A program made the position numbers and the translations under genes. A DNA stretch of 64,000 nt from a virus. Shown here one piece after another: positions 57,625-64,000 of this stretch (within the stretch, counting starts at the first letter, position 1; each line of letters opens with the position of its first letter). The stretch covers positions 32,001 to 96,000 of IMG/VR virus record IMGVR_UViG_3300025117_000036; one strand, written 5' to 3'. The notes under the pieces are model-generated. The model saw only the letters and a list, made by a program, of their open reading frames with translations, did no database searches and had not been told where the DNA came from.

Positions 57625-60600
57625 TTAAATATAATATCCCCATATTTGTAGTATAACATCAAATGTACCTACACCACTGGCCCCTATTTGATAATAAATA
57701 TCTCCGTTACTATCACAAGGAATATCATCCCCTCCTCGATACCATCTATCATTTACTGTAAGCGGAGAAAACGGAATTCCTAAGCCATCAGTATCAGTAG
57801 GGCCAAGAACCAAATACGTATCTGTTCCCGCTGAATCACTATCTCTTACGCCCACATATACTTTAACTGCTTTAATTCCCGCGGGCGCACCAAATACAGT
57901 AGATAAATCAATTAGCGTTTTAGCCGTAGTGCTAAATGAATCTCCATCCCAAGATGTTGAAGTTAAAGGAACAGTCAAGGGAACAAAAATATAACCCGTA
58001 TATGATGTTGAATTTTTATAACTTATTAATGATCCGGTATAAGCAATATTGCTTCCGCCAGGGTCTACGTTCCTGCCTACATAAATACCACCTGTACCAA
58101 CAATTAAATTGGCAGACCCCGCAGGAGATGTTTTCCAACCTCCAATATATATACCATCTGATAATCTTAATTCTGTATTACATTCAAGATATTGTCCCTC
58201 GGTAATATCGGCAACTAAAGTCATCAACGATGATGTAATTCTATTATGAGCATGTAAACTTATTTTAGCACTACTTAATGCCTCGCTTCCAGATGTTGAT
58301 TTTAAACTAAGAGTATTGCTACTCCAAGAAGATGTTGAATATATAGCTAAAGAATTGCTTCCTAGGCTATTGCCTGTGCCATACATTCCGCCTACAGCAG
58401 AACCAGCATAAACAAATTTATAAGCTAAAGTAGCATACTCAGAATCAGCAACATCTATCCGTATACCAGTATTATCAAGAATCGTGCTTCCTGCCATTAT
58501 AGCACCTGAAGAAGAAATGATTACTTGAGAAACTATTCCATCTGTTCCCCCTCGAAAACTCATAGTACCTTCTGATACATCCCAAAATACATTTGCTTTA
58601 TTCGTAGCAACATATCCTAATGTAATATCGCCGTTATTTAGCCATTGACCATTTAAATTACCACTACCATACATTCTTAAACCATTGTTGGGGTCAATAC
58701 TAATGTATTCTCCACTACTGGCTAAACCCAATATTAAAGAACCAGATGTTAAATTTGTATAAATATTATCTCCGGCTTTAATATATACGGCACTTGAAGA
58801 CACTATTAAATGATCATTAGAAGAAACTCCAAGTGTAAGAACTCCTCCTACTAAATTAGTATAAACATTTGCACCATCTTTAATTTGAACGCTTCCCGAA
58901 TCAATAAAAATATGCTCCGTTGAAGTGTTACCAACCGTAATGTATCCACTTGCATTTAAATTAATCAAACTTGTTATATTATTTCTTAACGATAAAGTAC
59001 CTTCACTACGATCATAAAGCAAATTAACTTGATTGGTTCCAACACTACCGAATAAAATATCACCAGCATTTAAACTGGGACTTCCAAATTCTGTACCTAA
59101 ATTAACTCCGTCACTTGTAATTAATGCAAATGAACCAGTGTTATTAGAACCACTCGTACTTGAATAACCTAATAATCCATAGGCATTTCCTCTAATATAT
59201 CCGGTTTCACGTGTACCTCTAAGATAAATACTATTAACACTCGTAGTTACTACAACCGGAGCATTTGATTGATAAACATTTTTAATTTCTTGAGAACTTA
59301 AAGCTGTAGGCAAAATAACCACTTCGTCTATTAAACTATCAATAAAATTGCCCGCCGCATGATTTTGTCCCACCCAAAGAGTACTTAGTGTTCCCGTTGG
59401 GGGAACATAGTTAGCAATTGCCCCCGATTGAACACCATTTAGATACAGTATTAAGCTTCCAGTTTTCCAAGTTGCGGCTACATGATTCCATCCAGAACCA
59501 GCAGTTATTGCGCCCGTTCCAGTACTAACAATTATGCTACCAGAACTACTTGCGGCATAAGGTGTAGCTACAGCACTTGTTGAAGCATAAACTCTTAAAT
59601 AATCACCCCCTCCAATAAAAGCAGTTGCTAAATGTTTAACGCTAATATAATCACAATTTTCTAGATAATACCAGCACATAAAAGTACCAGTATTTAAATT
59701 AATTATATTTGATCCAGAACTAGTATTATAGCCAAAAATTGCATCAGCACGATTACTAATTGAATTATGAGCAGCACCACTCCAAGTATGTCCAACACCT
59801 AAAGAACCATCCATATAGGGAGTACATTGATCTACTTCTGCTTGAATTCCATCAAACCATACAGCCGTCGATGAATCTGTATTTCTATTGCGTAGATGAA
59901 CTCTTACAGCTACAGAACCACCAGTTGTATTTGTCCAACTTCCAGATATCTTTTCCCAAGTATTTTGAGTTGCAGGATATATTTGCGATCTAATTGCTGC
60001 ATTGGTAACATCATAAAGAAGCATATCTCCATAGTCTAGCGTACCCCCATTTTGCCATATACATCCACTATAATAAACCGTTTCTCCATCATCAATGTTT
60101 CTTGACAATGGCATAATAGCAGTAACATTTGTTGCAGAACCAGCAATTGTTTTTAAACAACTTTGACCATAATAACTTTTTTCTTGATCAATCAATAAAG
60201 AACCACTTCCTAAACTTATTGACCATCCAGATAAATTTACTTCGAAACTACCATTAGTAACCTCGTTTTGTCCGGCTCTTGCTAACTGAAGTGATTTTCC
60301 AAATTTACCAGGACGAAAGATAGTTCCACCTGAAATTGTAGGAATTTGCCCTTTGTGACCAATCAAATCTCCCGTATAATCGCTTTCATAGGGCTGAGGG
60401 CCATCGAATCTATTTACTAGATAAGCATCTCCAACATTAATACCATATCCAATTGCGCCATCGCCTACAACTACATTGCCTCTAATATATAAGTTGCTTC
60501 CATCCCAAGACCACCCTTTTAATAATGCCGATCCTGAAACTGTACCAACATGCATTTTATATAAATTATCAGCACTAGACTTTCCAAACCATATTCCGTT

Positions 60601-62025
60601 TTGACTCAAATATCCCGTAGGAATTGGATATCCAATTGCCATATAAGGATAAGAACTTGGTTCTAATGCCATTACTCTAGATGAACTACTATATAATCGA
60701 ACGGGTAAATTATGTGCTTCAATAAATTGATTACTAATTCTTAAATAATTAGAATCATCTGTAACGCCTGTTCCGGCATACATTCCGTATTCACCAAATG
60801 ATGCAAAAATACCATATAAATTCCCTAGTCGATTATTAACAACTTTACCAGAATGAGGGTGAACAGTCCAACTAACAATTTGAGTATAGGGAGAATTTTC
60901 CCCTCTATATCCATCAATTGCATTACTTTCAATAAAGCCATTACCACTAATTCCATAATCGGGAACGGTTGCACCAGCAGAAATTGTTGCTCCAACCGTT
61001 GCCGCACCACTGTTGGGTGAAGCAGAACGAATAAATGTATAAGTTTGAATTTTATTAGTTGTATCGGTTGAAACCCAAGTTACACTTCCATAACAATTTG
61101 AAATACTAAGTGAACAACCACTTCTATCAAACTGTCTAATATTTACAATATCATTATCTAAAAATACCCTAAAAGTATCAAATCCTTTAAAGGAATCTAC
61201 AATTAAAGTTGCACTTGCTCCCGCGGCAGGAACAATAAAATCAGATGCTAAAACAGATGCCGATGGAAATATACCGTGTACACCCGCGCGTACAGCCTCT
61301 AAATCAGCAATAAATGCTCTAGCGTGTAATTCATCTGCATACAAATAACGAAAATCACCACTTCCAGCATAACTAATTCCCCAACCTGTAGTTTGAGATA
61401 CATAATCATCACTTTGAATTCTAACCCCGGTAGTCAATCTTACTCTACTTCCCGATGGAGTTAAATTCAAATCTTGATCTGGAACAATTGAAAGACTCGC
61501 TCCAACATTAGTATCAATATATGGAACAGTAATTTTTTCAGTTGCTTCAATTTTATGTACTTTGATATCTCCCGATGCATCACTTTTAATAATGGCACTA
61601 ATGGGAGTAGAAACATCTGAATAACTTGCTATTTCATGCCAATGATTTGCACGAGCAAAACTAGTAGACGTTCCTTCTGCATTTGTAGAAGAACCCGATA
61701 AGCTAATTCCCGTAGCGGTAGAAATCGGATGTATATGATCTAATCTAGCCGCCATAGGGGAACTACCAATAGAACCTGATGCATCCGGTAAAATTGTTAC
61801 AGGCAAAACATTATTAAAAATATTAAGGGCATGGGTATGACTTCCAGAAGCACGATTTACAGCACTAGAAGAAATTGTTCCTGGTAAAATCAAATTTACG
61901 GAACTACCAGAAACAATTAAACCATTTCCTTCACCAACAATTATTTGACTTGCACTAAGATATAAACCACTACCCGTAATTTCAAAAAGTGGTAATTGGC
62001 GCGGGTGTAATTGAATAACTGCCAT
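57625..62025 (-). CDS. large fibre / receptor-binding protein with carbohydrate-binding and LamG-like domains
   Basis: AR.DH.H repeats, N.V.NGSFE..L.GW, WNHVAATW....LY.NG...IDEV..LS..EI; 1466 aa. Confidence 0.7.
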   Translation of the reverse strand: MAVIQLHPRQLPLFEITGSGLYLSASQIIVGEGNGLIVSGSSVNLILPGTISSSAVNRASGSHTHALNIFNNVLPVTILPDASGSIGSSPMAARLDHIHPISTATGISLSGSSTNAEGTSTSFARANHWHEIASYSDVSTPISAIIKSDASGDIKVHKIEATEKITVPYIDTNVGASLSIVPDQDLNLTPSGSRVRLTTGVRIQSDDYVSQTTGWGISYAGSGDFRYLYADELHARAFIADLEAVRAGVHGIFPSASVLASDFIVPAAGASATLIVDSFKGFDTFRVFLDNDIVNIRQFDRSGCSLSISNCYGSVTWVSTDTTNKIQTYTFIRSASPNSGAATVGATISAGATVPDYGISGNGFIESNAIDGYRGENSPYTQIVSWTVHPHSGKVVNNRLGNLYGIFASFGEYGMYAGTGVTDDSNYLRISNQFIEAHNLPVRLYSSSSRVMALEPSSYPYMAIGYPIPTGYLSQNGIWFGKSSADNLYKMHVGTVSGSALLKGWSWDGSNLYIRGNVVVGDGAIGYGINVGDAYLVNRFDGPQPYESDYTGDLIGHKGQIPTISGGTIFRPGKFGKSLQLARAGQNEVTNGSFEVNLSGWSISLGSGSLLIDQEKSYYGQSCLKTIAGSATNVTAIMPLSRNIDDGETVYYSGCIWQNGGTLDYGDMLLYDVTNAAIRSQIYPATQNTWEKISGSWTNTTGGSVAVRVHLRNRNTDSSTAVWFDGIQAEVDQCTPYMDGSLGVGHTWSGAAHNSISNRADAIFGYNTSSGSNIINLNTGTFMCWYYLENCDYISVKHLATAFIGGGDYLRVYASTSAVATPYAASSSGSIIVSTGTGAITAGSGWNHVAATWKTGSLILYLNGVQSGAIANYVPPTGTLSTLWVGQNHAAGNFIDSLIDEVVILPTALSSQEIKNVYQSNAPVVVTTSVNSIYLRGTRETGYIRGNAYGLLGYSSTSGSNNTGSFALITSDGVNLGTEFGSPSLNAGDILFGSVGTNQVNLLYDRSEGTLSLRNNITSLINLNASGYITVGNTSTEHIFIDSGSVQIKDGANVYTNLVGGVLTLGVSSNDHLIVSSSAVYIKAGDNIYTNLTSGSLILGLASSGEYISIDPNNGLRMYGSGNLNGQWLNNGDITLGYVATNKANVFWDVSEGTMSFRGGTDGIVSQVIISSSGAIMAGSTILDNTGIRIDVADSEYATLAYKFVYAGSAVGGMYGTGNSLGSNSLAIYSTSSWSSNTLSLKSTSGSEALSSAKISLHAHNRITSSLMTLVADITEGQYLECNTELRLSDGIYIGGWKTSPAGSANLIVGTGGIYVGRNVDPGGSNIAYTGSLISYKNSTSYTGYIFVPLTVPLTSTSWDGDSFSTTAKTLIDLSTVFGAPAGIKAVKVYVGVRDSDSAGTDTYLVLGPTDTDGLGIPFSPLTVNDRWYRGGDDIPCDSNGDIYYQIGASGVGTFDVILQIWGYYI

Positions 62026-62050
62026 AAATTTATACTACTCCTTTCGCGCC

Positions 62051-63322
62051 TTAATATGATCCCTTTAATAAAATAGAAATTTCTTTAGATAAAGAATCTG
62101 AAATAGCATTAATAACTAAGGGATTATCTAGATAAAATTCAAGATTTTCTAGGCTAAATGAATTACTACCCGTAGTAGTTAAAATATAATTATCTGTTGG
62201 AACATCATCATTAGCTACAACAAACACAAATGATCCAGCAGTAACTACTCCATTATTATAAATATACACAGTATATTCCTGTGTATCTCCTTGTAAAATA
62301 TATGAAGGAGAAGGAGTTACCTGAATATTGTTTTCAACTACAGATGCACTAACTGTTATATCAACCGTATCATAAATAGTTGAATTATCAACTAATCTAC
62401 CTGTAATTATACAATTTCCAGAACCACTTAATGTTACAATACTTCCACTAATTACCGCAACCGACGATGAACTTGTAGTATAAGTAATTGCTTTAGAAAT
62501 TACTAAGCAATTTGAAGTTACAGTATCATATAATTGATAAGTATCTCCAATTCCACCAACAATGGCGGAGGGAGAAATGGACAATAAAAGAACATTTTTA
62601 TTATAATCTGCAATTCCGTTTACAATATCATCTGTGCTTTCATTAACAAATTGCTTTCCCATTGCAAATTGAAGCAATTTAGTGGAATCATTATCTTCTG
62701 TTGATTCGTTTAGAAAATTTAAAATTCCTCCACCGTATACACGATAGCAATTCCAAGCACCGCTATTACCAAATAAAAATCTTTGATTTTCACGAATGGT
62801 TTTAGTTTTTGAATTTCCTTGACAAAAAAGCTGAATTGTTCCATCTGGTAACAATGGATCAGTACGATTAATATTATTAGGAGTGCCAACTTTATAATCA
62901 ATTACACAATGTTCAGTATAATAATTACCGTTTGTATCTACCCATCTTAAAACATTGTTACATCTACGAACTAAAACTGAGCAATAATGTCTTTTTATAT
63001 TGTCAGTATTTGTAACTAAATAATAACTACCATTAAAATAAAATTTTTCTCCCAATACAACTGATCCAGAACTACCACTAAAATAAATATTTTTGAAATC
63101 ATCGCCTAATTTTACACCAGTAATATTATCAATTGCACTTGTGACTCGCACATTAACATTTACATATGAACCTGTTGAAAAAGGAGATTCTTTTTCTATT
63201 GTTCGATAGGTTGACGCATTCGAAAACATATCATCCGAATAGTCTTGAAATGCATCCTCCCAATTTTCTTGATTTGTTTGTAAGAAGGTTGGAGAGCCAG
63301 CAATAAGATATTTATAAGCCAT
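62051..63322 (-). CDS. head-tail joining protein with Ig-like domains
   Basis: LGDDFK, RRCNN.LRW, N.RFLFG, DD..NGIAD; Ig-like C-terminus. Confidence 0.6.
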   Translation of the reverse strand: MAYKYLIAGSPTFLQTNQENWEDAFQDYSDDMFSNASTYRTIEKESPFSTGSYVNVNVRVTSAIDNITGVKLGDDFKNIYFSGSSGSVVLGEKFYFNGSYYLVTNTDNIKRHYCSVLVRRCNNVLRWVDTNGNYYTEHCVIDYKVGTPNNINRTDPLLPDGTIQLFCQGNSKTKTIRENQRFLFGNSGAWNCYRVYGGGILNFLNESTEDNDSTKLLQFAMGKQFVNESTDDIVNGIADYNKNVLLLSISPSAIVGGIGDTYQLYDTVTSNCLVISKAITYTTSSSSVAVISGSIVTLSGSGNCIITGRLVDNSTIYDTVDITVSASVVENNIQVTPSPSYILQGDTQEYTVYIYNNGVVTAGSFVFVVANDDVPTDNYILTTTGSNSFSLENLEFYLDNPLVINAISDSLSKEISILLKGSY

Positions 63323-63331
63323 TTACCCTCC

Positions 63332-63784
63332 TTATCGAAAATCCTGATCTTCCCACGCGTCCCAATCATTATTTCTATAACCATATTTTTGCAAAATTCT
63401 ATCAATTTCTTCTTGCTTAGTATTATAAAATTCTCGTTTTTCTTTTAGATTATTTGCTTCTGCAAATGTTTTAAAATCTCGATCTTGCAAGTGTAATCTC
63501 ATTTGATTTACATCTTGCACTTCTTTTTGCATCCAATATTTTGTCATAATTTGAGCAAGAATATTTTTATGTTGTTGGATTAAATCTAAAGTAAACACTT
63601 GAGTTGTTGTACTATAAGATAATGCTTGAGAACACAAATCAAATTCGTCAATTGCCATCAATAACCAAGGCTCTAAATATGTATTTAAACTGGCGCTTCC
63701 AGACGTTTGATATAATGCTGTTAAACGATAATCATCAATCAAAGTTAAAGCGAGGTCACAAATTTCATCTAGTGTTGTTGCCAT
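63332..63784 (-). CDS. head-tail adaptor-like protein
   Basis: GGAGG RBS before ATG 63784; ILA..M...W....V...L.DRDFKTFAEANNL. Confidence 0.6.
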   Translation of the reverse strand: MATTLDEICDLALTLIDDYRLTALYQTSGSASLNTYLEPWLLMAIDEFDLCSQALSYSTTTQVFTLDLIQQHKNILAQIMTKYWMQKEVQDVNQMRLHLQDRDFKTFAEANNLKEKREFYNTKQEEIDRILQKYGYRNNDWDAWEDQDFR

Positions 63785-63826
63785 TTGACCTCCTTTCAAA
63801 AAAGATCATTTTTATTATTTGTTAAA

Positions 63827-64000
63827 TTACTTTTTCTCTACAAATTCTTTATAAATAGGTTTACTATTTTCGTATTTTTCAATAATCTTAATGCCAGAAA
63901 TACGAGTTAGCCTATCTATTAAATTTAAATCTACTTTTTCATTGGCTAACATTTTAGAAATTAACATATCTGTAATTACTTCTCGTTGAGATTCATTCGC
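63827..64000 (-). CDS. 3' end of a CDS truncated by the window edge
   Basis: Open frame ANESQREVITDMLISK...EFVEKK*. Confidence 0.55.
   Translation of the reverse strand, partial: ANESQREVITDMLISKMLANEKVDLNLIDRLTRISGIKIIEKYENSKPIYKEFVEKK

Noticed and set aside
63798-63815. Near-copy of the palindromic motif (ATAAAA-ATGATC-TTTTTT on the - strand)
   Set aside because: One mismatch in a very AT-rich intergenic region between core genes; not distinguishable from chance.
508-63825. Short antisense or out-of-frame ORFs in the track (e.g. 508..732, 3678..4022, 10795..11088, 41738..42022, 46404..46862)
   Set aside because: They overlap well-supported genes, and I saw no RBS or recognisable motifs.
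1-64000. Alternative genetic code, tRNA/rRNA genes, DGR or retron
   Set aside because: Genes are full length under the standard code and TAA, TAG and TGA all serve as stops; no cloverleaf, rRNA or reverse transcriptase was recognised by eye.

Overview
A 64 kb, AT-rich segment of a large tailed dsDNA phage with an SPbeta-like layout. The host is unknown. The + strand arm (1-35103) carries a GmhA/HddA heptose pair and a replication block (SSB-like protein, AAA ATPase, loader, DnaB-like helicase, primase, RecJ, DnaE, RecD2). It also carries an RNA ligase, a DNA methyltransferase, nucleotide metabolism genes (ThyX, intein-containing GMP reductase/IMPDH, 5'-nucleotidase, dNMP kinase, thioredoxin, class II RNR, MazG-like) and many small ORFs. 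The - strand arm (35223-64000) is the lysis and tail/neck module. Main observations: (1) an 18-bp palindrome ATRAAA-N6-TTTTAT, with a different 6-bp core each time, marks the gene junctions of two clusters of small accessory ORFs (8.4-11.7 kb, 23.5-25.4 kb). It resembles an integron-like cassette array, and the phage tyrosine recombinase is a candidate enzyme. (2) The tape measure gene is split into 4 exons by three group I introns; two encode unusual nucleases and one appears to end in A instead of G. (3) The tape measure C-terminus has a 7x PEMVTGG peptide repeat. (4) Heptose biosynthesis genes co-occur with S/T-G/A-S-rich virion proteins. (5) An HNH gene appears to have replaced the recD2 3' end. 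All calls are by eye; no searches were run.
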